From Botryllus schlosseri (taxonomy: Eukaryota), in the NCBI GenBank assembly GCA_051294905.1, contig CM119371.1, forward strand, positions 14,386,001 to 14,450,000: DNA of 64,000 nucleotides. The letters run 5' to 3'. The position numbers and the translations under genes are program-made. Position 1 is the first letter of the stretch, and each line of letters starts with the position of its first letter. Of this stretch, positions 36,685 through 51,130 are shown piece by piece. A model generated the notes under the pieces. That model was not told where the DNA came from, did no database searches, and saw only the letters and a list, made by a program, of their open reading frames with translations.

Positions 36685-39600
36685 CACTCTAAATTCGAAT
36701 GCGTGCAGAGGAACGTAAAATTACACGCCAAATCCGTTTTTTTTTCAACTACCACACAACGTGCTGGAGCCGATGTGTGCCTGGCTATCCTGTGTTTAGT
36801 GGTGGTGTGTTCATGCTGACTTGCGCAGAGCTCGAAATTAATACCAGCCATCCATGAATTTTTATTGCAACGAAAGATGAATACAGAACATTCATTTGCA
36901 GACGAAAATGTGTGAATTTGTAGCTTGCACAATTGAAAAATTTAAGCTTTTCCAAATAGAAATAAGAACTACAGCTACAAAGTTGTCATAAATTAGATTC
37001 TAATTAGAGCAAAGAAACGTTTCACTAATTGGTGTAGAATTAGAATTATAGCAACACAGTTGTTTTCCCAAATTAGATTCTAATTAGAGAAAAGACGCAT
37101 TTCACAAATTGGTGTAGCAATAGAATTATAGCGACACAGTTGCAACCACAAATCACATTTGAATCAGAGCAAAGAAACAATTACAATCCTAGCGACACGG
37201 TTGTTTTCACAAATTAGTTTCTAATTAGAGCAAAGAAACATTTCACAAATTGGTATGGAATTCAAATTATAGCGACACAGTTGCAACCACAAATTACATT
37301 TGAATCAAAGCAAAGAAACATTTCAAAAATTGGGATAGAATTAGAATCATAGCGACATAGTTTTCATCACAAATTAGATTCTAATTGTAGCAAAAAAGAT
37401 TTCAAAAATTGGAGTAGAATTACAATCATAGCAACACAGTTGTTTTCACAAATTAGATTCAAATTAGAGCAAAGAAACATTTCACAAATTGGGGTAGAAT
37501 TACAATCATAGCAACAGTTGTTTTCATAAATTAGATTCTAATTAGTGCAAAAAACATTTCCCAAATTGGAGTATAATTAAAGTCATAGCGACACAGTTGT
37601 TATCACAAATTAGATTCCAATTAGTGCAAAAAACATTTCATAAATTGGAGTAGAGTTAGAATCATAGCGACACAATTGTTATCACAAATTAGATTCTAAT
37701 TAGAGCAAAACACATTTCAAAAATAGGAGTAGAATTACAATCATAGCAACACAGTTGTTTTCACAAATTAGACTCTAATTAACGCTAAAATATTTCCCAA
37801 ATTGGAGTAGAATTAGAATCATGGCGACACAGTTGTTATCACAAATTAGAATCTAATTAGAGCAAAAAAACATTTCAAAAATTGGAGTAGAATTAGAATT
37901 ATGGTAACACAAGTTGTTTTCACAAATTAGATTCTAATTAGATCAAAAAAACATTTCCCAAATTGGAGTAGAATTATAATTACGGTATAGCGACACAGTT
38001 GTTATCACAAATTAGATTCGCATCAGAGCAAAGTAACATTTGAAAAATTGAAGTAGAATCAGAATAATTACTGCATTTTTTTTCTGAATTACACTAGAAT
38101 CCAATTAGAGGTAGTTTTTATTTCAAATTAGAGTAGAATTAGAAATATAGCTATACGGTAGTTGTTTTCTAAATTAGATTCGATTGAGAGCAAAGAAACA
38201 TTCCACAAATTAGCGTAGCATCAGAATTTATGCCTACACAGCTTTTTCTAAATTAGAGTTGAAATAGATTTGTAGCTTTTTTTCGAAATTAGAGTGGGAT
38301 CAGAGTTATAGTAACAGTTTTTTTCAAATTATAGAGTAGAATTAGAACTATAGCTACACTGTTTTTTCCAAATTAGAGTACAATTAGAATTATAGGTTCA
38401 GTTGTTTTCACAAATTAGATTCGAATGAGAGAGACGAAGCATATCACGAATTAAAGTAGAATTATAATTATAGCTAGTTTTTTTTCAAAATTAGAGCATC
38501 ATCAGAATTTTAGCTACACATTATTTTTCACTCTAATTAGACAACTAGACTAGTACTAGAATTGTATAGTTGTCCAAGTCAGCAAACGAAATCAAAATCA
38601 TTACTGGGATTTCTGAAATCTGCTCATAAAACAGAGAAGCTTGTTTGATTGAAACCTAAATTTTTGTCTTCAATCAGGACATACTGTAAAATTGAGAGTA
38701 TCTGGAAAACTTTTGGATATGTGGGGTCACAAACATAATAGAGAAGATCCAGCACCATCTCAAATGGTGTCGCTTTATTGTGAGACGATCCCTTTATGCG
38801 GAAGCCATTCGCCACGATCCATGACTGCAGGTCACCATTTTCATGGTGCGCTAGTACGAGATGTCGAGGACTCAGCTTTGTGGCCGTTAATTGGACTGAA
38901 TGGGCCTGGAATTGAAAGAAATATGTTAAGTAAAATTATATTGCCAATAATCCATGTGTGAATTGAAAGCACAAGATTTAGATTATGTAGAAATGCCATT
39001 ATGGGACTTCTGCAAAATGAATATTGAATAAAAATAGAGCTGAATAGGTCAATATAGGTTTTTGTCAATATGGTTTAACAAGCTTAACTCATGGAAACAA
39101 GTGATAGCAAATTCTGTCGTCACGATATGCTGTCTAGTCGTTGACATGTATGGGTTTTTTCCACATAATCATAAGTTTACTAACCTTTAATGATCCATTC
39201 AGATTTGATCAGTATACCATCATACAGGTTCCTTTTGGAACGACACAAGCATTATGTTCACATTCACTGATTCTACGCACTATATCCATGGTAGCCATCC
39301 TCATGGTCTCGAAGTCAGGAAACCAAAAATTACATTAGCAGCAGAAATGATTTTCCATGGTTTGGGAAAAAAACGAATTTGCACCAGCTCATTTTAACTT
39401 AGATTTAGCCTTATCAAAATGAATGATGTAATTGAAAAGCATTTAATAAACATTTGATTTTGGAGGCCTTTTTCAGTTCGAGTGTTTGTTGCACCGTCAT
39501 AACGTAAACAGCGTCAATCAAAACATAGGCCTACCATATTTTCAGCACCCAAAAACAATTGTGCCACATTTTGGCGGCACACATCTGAGCTCAACAGACC

Positions 39601-42158
39601 CTGAATTAGAACACATGTTTGTGGCGCAACTTGGAAATTAACAGACCCCCGAATTAGAACCAACTCAACATGCGCGTATGTTAAGCCATAAACTTTTCAA
39701 ACTAGCTGTACTTTTGTGACGGTCTGTTAAGTTCGAACTTGCGCCAGATAGTGGCATGCAAAACGTCCAAGGGGTTACGGAAGACACCGAACAATGTTTG
39801 CCGAAAAATCAGGACAAGAGTCGAAATGAGTACAAATCTGACAAATCAGGACGTTATGGTACTTCTATGTTCATTGTTCACACAGTTCCAGGTTGAGCAA
39901 GCAGCAAATCCTCACCTGATGAAGGGTTATCGCCCTCAAATCCTGTTGTGATTCTCTTTTCAGTTACTGCATTTCGTAACTCGATCAGGAGTATAACCGC
40001 AGCGGGTTCTTTTCCCTACAAATAAATATAATAATAATTATAAATAATGTAGAAGATTTGGTTGAAGGACATTCCACTTATTGCATTCCGGTTGATATGA
40101 AGGCAAGAGTTCTGACACAACAATATTTAATATATAAAATTGCAACAAAAATAAACAGGATTATCCCAATTAATAAATTCATTCTAGAATAGTTAAATAA
40201 TACTAACCTCTTCATCTGTCTCTAGCTCTACTCCAAGTATTTCGTCATGAGTAGTAAGTATTTCGCTTCGACACTCCTCGGAACGAACATTTGAAACCCC
40301 GCTCTGATCTATTACAAAGGCAAAGTGTTACTATAAAAGCAGCTATGTAGTGAGCTAAGCATGCACATTGCACACACACTTCTATGTGTTATATAGAGGG
40401 AACTTGATATGAATATAATAAGATTTATTTCACTGGATATTATTAACAATAATTATTATAATAGGTTCATGAATGAAATGTCATGTTTTCAACCAATGAA
40501 AATGTCATGTAATTGGAAAAACAAGTGAGTCAACTGCAAAGCAAGATCTAAACTTGGTCAAGAATTCTAGTTGTAAACCCATATTGCATCAAGTTAGAGG
40601 ATTAACTGACATTCTGAAACTCAGTTTCGATGCTACTGCAAGTTGATCTAAAAGGCAATCTACCAATATTTCTCACACTGCTGCTTGCTGTAAGAAAACT
40701 CTTGACAACATACCGGTAATCATAACATATCGCATGTTGATATTCTTGAACGAATTACCTTCAATTATTAAAGCAATGTGTTCTCTCGTAATGCCGTACG
40801 CAATCAACATCTTCTTCATTCCTTCCGCTATGATGAGATTAGCGACACGTTCACCCACATCCACAAAGTCACTGTACTGCGACCTGTCACTCAATTTAAA
40901 TTTGAATCTTTGACCCTGACTGAGTTCCCGCCGTTACCGAGAGATGTGAAGCGTGAATGAGAGAGAGAGAGAGAGAGAGAGGGGTAGCAATAGAGAAATA
41001 TAGAGATGTTTATTCAGTCAACAGTCAAAAGCAGAATTCACTGATAATAGCCAGGTAACACGAACGATTACTAAACAACGTACTTCAAAATTACATGGTA
41101 ATGACAATGATTGATTGATTGATTGATTTCTTCATTGCTATACTGCTGATATATCAATGATCAATAATGGGGAAACTCAATATAATGGAAGTCATAGTCA
41201 AGTCAGACAATCATGTGGTTGTAATAATGATATATATAATTGGGTTGAAATGATCGATTTTTTCTGCCAGTTTGGTAGGTAAATAAAATGAGAAGAGAAA
41301 CGTTCACAAAACCTAGTAAATGCAAGAAAGCGACACACTAAAATAATGGAGCGACATTGATGAAACAGCAGTCCACTTCATGGCTCCTGAGCAATGTGCC
41401 CTTTTAGGTACGCATGTGGGCAATTGATTTGAGCTGACACGGTCTCTGCCCACATAAATTATAAGTTGCGCACAAAAAATCCGAAGAGATGACTTTTTTT
41501 AGTGGTTAGGCCTACGCACTGTTGTCCAAGGGACCGCGCAGTGAATAGGTGAGCGCTAGCTGCAGACTCGTCAAAATTAGAGGGAACATTGCTTCTGAGC
41601 TATATGTAAACGGGGCTAAAAGCACGCATTACTTACACGAGAGTCGTTATTACCGTTAAACATCCATTATAGAAATGCTGCATCATTTGAGAACCTATAT
41701 CTTGCAGCTTAATTCCTCCCCTGCAAATAACCCAGCGGGAGCAAACGGACCCCAGGGTCATTGGGTTTACCGATGACGTCATGATCGGCACACGAGTGTA
41801 CCGTACCTTACCCTGGATGATCTGGTCATTTACCAGTGACATTACGATTACATTTCAGCAGCGTTTCCAGCGTCGACCTCACAATCCCTCTCAATCTTAC
41901 TGATCTCACAACTCGTGCGGCGACTTACCGGACTATTAAAATGTATACGTAAACTCTTTCATAGTGATCAAAGCCGGTGACAGATGATAAGATGAGAGCA
42001 GAAGCACATATTTCGTAACTTTATCTGATGAAGTGTGGACTTGCACATATTATGACACCACTTCGGCGAAAGATTTGGGTCGACTTTATGTGTTTGTTCC
42101 ATATTGCATCTTTGAATGTACAATTTTGTGTCTAAATCGATGCTTTCGATTTAGAGTG
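36685..42158 (-). mobile_element. EnSpm/CACTA-like element carrying a satellite array and remnants of a spliced accessory gene
   Basis: Ends CACTCTAAAT / ATTTAGAGTG flanked by TA on both sides; phase-compatible minus exons ~40759-40915, 40208-40308 and 39916-40015; LLYYVCDPTYPKVFQILSILQYVL at ~38660-38750. Confidence 0.6.
36960..38560. repeat. ~79-80-bp tandem repeat (satellite), about 20 units including a decaying tail
   Basis: caaattagattctaattagagcaaa...caaattggagtagaattagaatcatagcgacacagttgtt recurs at ~36990, 37070, 37210, 37370, 37450, 37527, 37605, 37685, 37764, 37842, 37923 and 38008. Confidence 0.93.
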
Positions 42159-43168
42159 TACTTCCGCTCCAAATAACTTTAACTTTGTAGGCAATTGTTA
42201 TCACTGAGCGGTATTAACAGTGATTTCGCGTATAAGAAATTTTCGTGAACGGCGGTGGGTCAAATAATCATCGCTCCTTACATGACCATTTTCTTTGTAC
42301 TCGCTCAGAGCTGGGAAAGTCACCTGACGCGAGATAACACGCCTCAAGCAATTGTAAAACAACAAATAGTCGGTTAAAAACTATGTGCGCATTGTACGAA
42401 TCTAAGGTAAAAATTATTCTCGATCATAATAATTAATCAGTGCTCGATTTGCTAGGATGTTATGATGAAGCCACAATACGCGAACATTCACCAGAGATAT
42501 ATACTTACAAATCAAGAACCCTGTCAACAGAGCAGATCCATTCATATTTACTAGATCTGTCGTGGATGGAATCAATTGTAATATCGGTTTTTACTACGAT
42601 GTCGACACTGCAACAGAAAACGCCAAATATAATGTTAGATTGGACCGTCTGGATATGTAACCTATATCAGACCACATATGAGTAACATTGTTCAGATACT
42701 ATATCATGAAAGTTCACATTACCAAAATAGACAGACAGAGACAACATGTCCAATTGTCCAAAAACTCCTCATTCCAAATCCGGACCAGACCCATGTCCGC
42801 GGAAGCCGTAGACATGATATGGCAAAACATTGCTCGCAAAACCGCCACACATTTATAAATATATATACCAGTTTAATATCTAGATTTATTACCGTTTTTA
42901 GTATAGCCAACTATCAGCCTGCGTTCGCTTAACAGTGCAGATTTTATTAAATGTGAGCCAGTTAGTTATAGTCGGTCAACAGTGCACTGAGCATTACGCG
43001 CATGATGTCATCAAGAACGATTTTCCATACTATTTTTGTTCACGAGTGCAGATTAAACGCACGACAATTATGGTAATCAAACCTTCGTCTTTGATCGGTT
43101 CACAGATCTGTGACCCATGCTCAAAGGTAATATTAATCATGAAACTTCTTTCCAATATACTACGGGGG

Positions 43169-43482
43169 CAGTGGTTCTCAAACTATTTTAGACACGACCC
43201 CCTTTTTAATAGTGAAATATTTCGCGCCCCCTTCTCGTGATATTACGAAATATCGAAGAGAGAAATCAGATTGCTAGCAATCCCAACGGATAGTTTGATG
43301 GCATTGAAAGTTATTGCTATTGAGGAGAGAATTTTCAAATATGAAACTCGGACAATAGACAATAGACAATAGAAGAACCATGAGCTGGAGGAATATCGCG
43401 CGAAGCGCGAAATAGCTTCTGTTAACAGCGGCTTCGCGCCCTCCTTCAGATGCTTTCGCGTACCCCATTTTGAGAATCACTG
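43169..43482. mobile_element. Short hAT-Charlie MITE
   Basis: CAGTGGTTCTCAAA / TTTGAGAATCACTG; degenerate TSD CTACGGGG / CTGTAGGG; related sequence at ~18531-18650. Confidence 0.7.
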
Positions 43483-44686
43483 CTGTAGGGAATGGTCTTC
43501 GTCATAATTGAAATATTTTCTAAACTTTTCATCAAAGCATCATTGCTAAATCCTTTTTATCACGTCACAAATCTCAATCGCATAACGCTGAAGCTGCATT
43601 TTTGGAAAATTCAAATGCAATTTGCCAATCTGTTAAATACTATATAGAAATGTACCCGTAAATGATGTAGCGTATATAGCCTAACTTATATATATAGAAT
43701 CGTTATGAATTTGCGACCGAATAAATACATGGCTACTGCTAATTAATAAATTGAATTTTAGAGGTAAATTCCCTTCAATGAGTTATCGCCATCATTGTCA
43801 CATTGTCCTCGTCAACGCGTGTTCGTATCGGACTGTTGTCGGCCTAGGTTTGCTCATCATCGAATCGCATGTCGTCGCATAATGGTGTATTTCAGAAGGT
43901 CTCCTGCTTTATGAGAGGGGACTATGCAAATGTAAACACGAATACGTGACATTGCATCAATGTGAGACACTTGATGGAAGCAGCGAAGGATTCTCTTGAT
44001 AGTTAGCGTCGTGATGTCCGTTGTCGTGTAATCACCCAGCTTGGCCTTACCGAACCATTTCAAGAATGATTAATACGAAGAGTATTAATAATACGCGCTC
44101 GTGCACCATATGTAAGAGTCACGATTGTGTTTAGAAAAATCGCGTGTTAACCAATCGGATCGTAACTATAGGGCTGGGTGAAATCTAGTAGATGAGTGAT
44201 TCGATTCTGAATCACGTATTACGCTTCGAGTCGAGTATTCGAGTATCACTCATTATGACGTCACAGCTGAATGCACCATGTCAAAGTTTAAGTATGTATA
44301 CCTTTAATGCCACCACAAAGAACATAAAGTCCGTTATCCGTCCCTTTGGTATTTTTTCGACCTTACCGATTTCATTGCACTTCTTGGCAATGTTGTGGGA
44401 TGATCATGGCTTCGTAAATGTGCTATTTCCACTAACGCTCATATCTTTGTCAAGTTAATACTGTTCAATGTTCATGCTATCATAACAATATGTTTCGCAC
44501 AAGCGCCCTTCGCGTCATACAAGGAAACTTGCAATATTCATAAGGACATTAAGCGATTCGGTATTAGACTCTATTTTGTTATACCATCATTACACAAATA
44601 AGTATTTCTCAGTGGTTCTCAGTCTTTTTGACCTCGCAGCACCCTATGAACGGGAAAAATACTTCGCGGCACCCTAGCACGTCGAG

Positions 44687-46783
44687 TGTTTGCGATTGCG
44701 CATGTTATTTGTTGTTCTCTATTTGATGACGATTTTAAAGGCATCAGTTTCCAATGCAACTGTCCAATGCAACTAATCGTCTGATTTTAATTCTGATTAT
44801 TTGATTACTGTTCTACTCGCCTTTTCGCTTGCCTATTTATTTTCCTCGTTGCTGTTGCATCATGCTCCATTCCATCGAGCAACGGACGAGCGAGCACTAT
44901 TGCAAATCACTCGATTGTATTAGCATCTCAGTATTGTCAAAGTAAATCCGAAGTTCACATTGTTTATCATTCGATTTGGGCTGCCTGATTCTGTTCGAAC
45001 ACAAACGCAAGGTTAGCGAGTCTAAGAGCAGATTCAGCTGAGCAGACAGGATTCGACGAATACTATACCGGCACTCATTGACATCGGAGTGTCGCGCCGA
45101 AACAATTCGCAATACAGGGTTGTCTGGAATCAATCCGCTATACCATCCCGTCTACATTCGGGACTCTGCTGCCCATGATGGATTGATCGCCTCTGCTTCG
45201 CATCGAATCTGCTACATCTTATGTCGTTGCATTCAGTTGAATGATGCCGGTTGTCCTTGAACGGAACGGACGATTGCCCATTGCCACAATCCACGTTAAC
45301 TGTTGCAAGTATGAAGACCAGTTTCATTCAGTTTATCTAGTTTTCGTCTTTCGGCGTTTGCCGAGCAATCACTTCGATTGACTGCCGTATTCCAGATCTT
45401 TGCATAGACGCATGTTTGGAGACGCCTCAACGATTGCGACGATGGGTTCAAGTTGGTGCCGGACGCCTCTGTACCATTGAAGGTGGTTTGTTCGCGTCAC
45501 TATAGTAGAGTTGCCGGACGCATCCGTACGATTGAATGTGATTTATTCTCGTCACTATAGATTTGCTGAACGCCTCTATGCTCTCGCCAGCAGGGTTGCT
45601 GAACGCTGCTTTACCATTTTAAAGTGATTTATTGAACGTCTGTAGGATCGGAGGTTGTAGCTTCTAATACGAAAGATATTTGCCATTTAACTTTGCCCCT
45701 TGTGTATTGCATGATAACTCGACAGTTCGGAACACTTTTACAGCTACTGGAAGCCTCACTAACATTTGAAAGTGATTTATTCTCATCACTAGTAGAGTTG
45801 CTGGACGCCTCTGTACGATTAAATGTAATTTATTCTTATCACTAGTATAGATTTGCTGAACGCCTCTCTGCCATTTTAATGTGATTTGTTCTCTCCAGTA
45901 GGGTTGCTGAACGCTACTTTGTCATTTTAGAGTGAATTTCCGAGCGTCCGTGGGATCTAATACGATGGACATTTTGTCATTTAGTCGGTACGCCGTTAGA
46001 CCAAAATTAGTTGATCTCTGACCGAGTCTCTTTCTCCGACCGAGTCGCTTATCTTGATGGCTTCAATAGGCTGATCCATCGAACTGTTCTGTTTCGAAAT
46101 TGACTGGACGTGACATGCAGACTATTCAACATTCTTTCTCTTTTCACTCTGAACTCCAAGTTTCTCGGAAGAACACGACTAGTCGACCATTATCAGGAGT
46201 GTTCGATTCCGAATTCATGAGGTGTTCGATTCCGAATTCATGATGTCAAAGATTAGATTGATGTATGCTTACCGGGTATTAACTTGCCCATTTACTACAT
46301 TGATGCAATTCTGTTGACTGGGTTCAGTCAAATGGGGAGGTGCTTGCAATTGCGCATGTTATTTGTTGTTCTCTATTTGATGACGTTTTTATAGGTATAA
46401 GTTTCCAATGCAACTGTCCTTCATTCCTGTTTCGCTTGTCTAATCATTCCAATCGTCCTATTTCAAGTCATGATTATTTGATTACTGTTCTACTTGCCTA
46501 TATATTTTCCTCGTTGCTGTTGCAGCATGCTCCATTCCATCGTGCAACGGACGAGCGAGCACTATTGCAAATCACTCGCTTGTATTGGCATCTTAGCATT
46601 CTCAAATCAAATCCGAAGTTCAGATTGTTTATCATTCGATTTGGGTTGCTTGATTCTGTTCGAATGCAAGACTGATACGCAAGGTCAGCGAGTCCCCAAG
46701 CAGATTCAGCTTCCTGTTCAGCAGACAGGATTCGACGCCTGCTAAACCCGGCACTCGTTGATATCGGAGTATCGCGTCGAAAC
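44687..46783. repeat. Direct repeat of ~420 bp (44687-45103, 46342-46783) flanking a degenerate ~55-bp tandem array (45415-45950)
   Basis: gcgcatgttatttgttgttctctatttgatgacg...cgagcgagcactattgcaaatcactcg...gcagacaggattcgacg is shared by both copies; inner units read ggacgcctctgtac...tgatttattctc. Confidence 0.85.
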
Positions 46784-49198
46784 ATCGAGTGCCCGCAGTG
46801 GCGAGATAACATAATAACACGTTATACAGTTGCAATACCAACGCGTTGCGGCTCCGTGTCCGACCGAGGTCGACTCAAGAATCCCTTCCTAAGTGTCCCG
46901 AGGTTCTGAAGGCGGTGACAAGAAAAAAATGGACATGCACCTTCGCCCAGACCTCAACATCACGACCCAATTAGCCGACTGGGTGACCTTTTGTTGTGAT
47001 ATCACCTTGGATGCCACTTCCTTGTTTATAATAGAACAACCTTGGCGCATGTCGCCCAACCAGGTTATTTGCGCCATGATAACGAATGCTGGGTATGCTT
47101 TTCGGACGACTTCCAGTCATGAATCCATTCATCATTTACCTCGCTCTCTAGCATGCGTCCACGCAAATGTCTTTTGCTGCCGATTTTCGAAGGTCGACTT
47201 CACTTGATCAGTCTTAGCTTTTCGTACGACACTGCATACGCAGTAAGGTCAGTGATGAGGAGCCCAGATAAACCTTCATCACACAGAAACTTGGCAGAGG
47301 CGTGACTCGAACCAACAACCATCCTGCGCCACTCGCTTCCCATTAAACGCTCCTATATGTGGGTGAGTGAGATGATAGTGTAGTATGTGACATTTGAGGC
47401 CCCGGTTTGATTCTTGTCAGCAGCATGTTGCGAAGCGTCAGAGATATATCTGAGATTCTACTCGCGTACTTTGCTGAGCTTACGCCGGACTTGCAACAAA
47501 GGCCCAGATATAGACCCTACCAAGGACGGATTCGTGGAAGAAAATGAAAAGAACGATGAAGTCAAAAACAAAAAAGATCATGACCGAAAATCGTTACATC
47601 GGGAATTCATATCGCATTGTACATTATGTGTACTGCGCGGCTACTAAAAATTGAACCGATGAATGTGCCTTACTAAGAATTTGGATTCCCTAATATCTGC
47701 TACATTTCGAACTTGTTTACCTCATTCTCTCGCGGCACGCCTGAGAAGTCAATTTGGCGCACTATAGTGTGGCAAGGCACACCAGTTGAGAACACGTGTA
47801 TTAGCTTATATTGACATGGGTGCCGATTGCATGGACTTAACGATGTTAAGGATCACATTGTGGGCATGCCATGCACTCGTCTGTACAGTACACAGTTATA
47901 GCTTCCCCTGACATTATAGTGAATCCCACTGTGGTGGTCCAACACTGCGACCAAGACATGTAGGATAAGGAGAGCCTTGCAAGCCACAAATATGATCACT
48001 GGTTAGTGGTTATATAACACTTGGGCTACTGAAAGTACCATTTAGTGCTAGTCAATTATGCCTCTATGCAGACAACAACAAACAAAACAGCAAAAAACAG
48101 TATGTTATCTACCGGTTATTGCTGCTCCATATTACGAGATATCATTTCTTTCTATTGAATCTTCCTTTTACGTGTAATTTTATTTTTAAATAAATGGGAA
48201 TCCCACAGAAATAATAAAAAACGAACAGTGCCATGAATCTGCTGCGTCGAATACATAACTCATTCCACGTTCTAACAAGTTATTTGATGTTTCGTTCAGA
48301 ACAGCTATCTAGAATGCATAGCAATGCAATCTGGATAAGGAGAATGGTTTTTGAATTGTTGTATTAGGACGTGGCGAATATACGTGTTCTGGTAACCTCT
48401 ACTGTTATTTACGCAGCGTCATATACGATGCATGCAACTTTGCGGTGTTACAAGTCATCACATTATTCTCCGCTAGAAATATGTGTCTACTGAGCATTTA
48501 TTTTAAGCCCCGTCTGGTCGGATGGTCGCGTATTAATAGATATAGTTGAACCAACTGCAATGGTATACCCTATATGCTAATATTCAGAGTAACCTGAAGA
48601 CAGCAATCATATTATACAGCGCATGCACGATTCAATATATAGAATCCGAAGTGGCCTATTGAACTTAGCACCGTTGACGCGAATAACTATAGAAATAATT
48701 GATATTTAGTGTTGTATTTTGATATTCATGGTTTTCGACAGCATTCATCTTTTTACACCAGGTCGACATTCGTTATTACGATTCTGCTGACTTGTAGCAA
48801 GGCTCACTTCCAGGCTACTGTAAGACACCTAAAGTATAATAATTCCTATACCAAAACGCCTTATTTTATCACAACAAGCACATATCAGACCTTGAAAACG
48901 CATCACGAACTACGTGATATGAATTGCTTAAACGACATAATCCGGAATTCCAGTCATTTGCCACAATTTCCGTTATGCATAGAATAATGACATGTTCACA
49001 GCTTGCATATAAACCGATGTGCATTCCAAATCTGATTGAGAGAGATTGATCCGATTTTGCGAAGGTACCAATACATACATGAAGAGAATTCGAGGGGCAA
49101 GTTAAGACTCATTTTCATCGCTAGACGCTTTATGTTATCCTTAACTTCTTCTTCATCCAGAGTGCAATTGTGGATGTATCTTATTTACATGCTTTAGG

Positions 49199-49892
49199 TC
49201 AGGTCTCACCAACACGCTACCCGCGAGTCATATTTTGTGGCCCGTGATATCATGTGAGATGTCGAAAAGGCGCTTAGTAAAGCATTTTGACATGATGAAC
49301 TTAACATCAGTATCAAAATATTGTTGTTGTTCAAAATAAGGTATTCTTCGGAGCCAGCCATCACTATGCCTCACTATATAGCTGTACGGCTTCGACAATG
49401 GAAATAGCGTTTCACGGTGGAAGAAATAACTAATGTGCATGGGCATCTGGGCATATTGCCTTGACGTGCAATGGCCCAGACACTGCCAACTCATATGAGC
49501 CTGGGGCTTCCCAGCAAAATCAAGCTTAACGATAAGATAGTTTTACAGAAAGTGATGTGTCTAGCTAACACCAACATCGATCCTTCAATCGCTGAAAAGT
49601 GTTGAAAAGTACCGTGCCCAGCTCTTACTTCAAATAGAATTAAAGTAATGATCAAGATATTTTGTTGTACTTTAATTCTATTTGTATTTCTTAAATAAAA
49701 TAGGTTTTCTTTTATGGTAACTATATGCCCGTCGCCCATATTAAAGAGCACAGCGTTGTACGGATGAAACGTTTTAAAGCGCGGTTTTTAGACTGTGCGG
49801 TCCATTTTATCTCGATATTGAATTCATGCGGTACGCGGCCGCAACCAAAGTTGAAAAGTGGCCCGTGACCCGTTTTGAGTTGGTGACCCCTG
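49199..49892. mobile_element. hAT-Charlie MITE
   Basis: CAGGTCTCACCAAC / GTTGGTGACCCCTG; TSD-like CTTTAGGT / CTCTAGGC. Confidence 0.65.
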
Positions 49893-51087
49893 CTCTAGGC
49901 CAAAGTGATATTACGTGTTAAATACTACTCCAAGTCGTTTCGACGCGCTCCTGTCATTTCAATATATCGAAATCTTGTGTGTTTGATCTGATGAAAATTT
50001 CCGCAATGCTTAATTGATTGTAGCTTTGGTAAATGCCTTGCGGGGAAATGATTTTGAATCATTTGAAAATCAGGCAAATGCTACGGGATGACTCTTCAAG
50101 ATTGGCCAACTTTGAGAAAGTCCTTGTTTATACAAACGATTTACCATTGATTGCTTGGTTTCGTTTTTATCAATCCTCTTTTCCATTCGGTTGGTCTTCT
50201 AATTTTTCAAGATACAATGCTTTATTGCTATATGTTGTTTCGTTCCAACGTGTTTGTAATTCTACTGCGATTTGATCATGGGGATCTGTAGCCAATGAGG
50301 CATATTGGATGATTTTAAAAGCAGTATGGAGTGTCCGTTAGGTATTTCGACGAAATCCAGCGGAATGCAATTCGATAAACTGATGATTTATCTGTCTTTA
50401 TTAGAGTGGTCATTTGGTCTAGCACTGGTCGTCCAACCCAATTTCGTCGGGGGCCATATCAGCTAATTTTTGCTACCTACAGCAGATCAGTCTTACACGG
50501 GGTGGGTTATATAAACCTTGAAAAAATATAACTACAACATATTGGTTGGTTATACACATCGATCGGAGTATTCTAGACACGATAACTACATTAGTCAATT
50601 TGTTTGGAGACACCGAGGCACGGTTTCAGAAATCTTACCTGAGTTTCGGAGGTTTAGCTAGGCTCCTCCTCACCATACGATCCGCGTAAGCGATGACTTA
50701 CAAAAGTCTAGCAAGAAAAGGGTGATGTCGGTCAACCAGTGTCTTTGGAGGATTCGTAAACCCTGTCAGACACTATATTGCCGTAAATATAGTATTCGAA
50801 ACCGTGTGATCGACCAGTGGGTTTAAAACTTCGAAGATAGAAAAACATTTACCGTTAGACCTATTCTTAATGGGTTGAGATTATAGCATCCGCGAATATG
50901 GTGCTGGTACAATAGTATTACAGTGATTTTGACAATGCATTTATTTCAATGGATGGAAATTCGGCATCCTGGTTTCTAACCGGAAGTAACGTAGAAATGC
51001 ACCAACAAGTATCTACTTCAAATGCTCATAGTAGTGCACAGATACGTCGCGAAACAATAGAATCAGCCTAATCTATAAGTCGATGCC

Positions 51088-51130
51088 ATGATTTCGCTAT
51101 ACGTTTGTGGAGCATTTATCACTATTTTTG
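51088..51130 (+). CDS. Class C GPCR putative first coding exon (signal peptide)
   Basis: ATG ATT TCG ... MISLYVCGAFITIF G|gtaagt (phase 1); joins in frame to the second AG of cagctag at 52554. Confidence 0.55.

Noticed and set aside
36960..38560. Regularly spaced repeats suggesting a CRISPR array
   Set aside because: The whole unit is repeated with no unique spacers, the context is eukaryotic, and there are no cas genes. It is a satellite.
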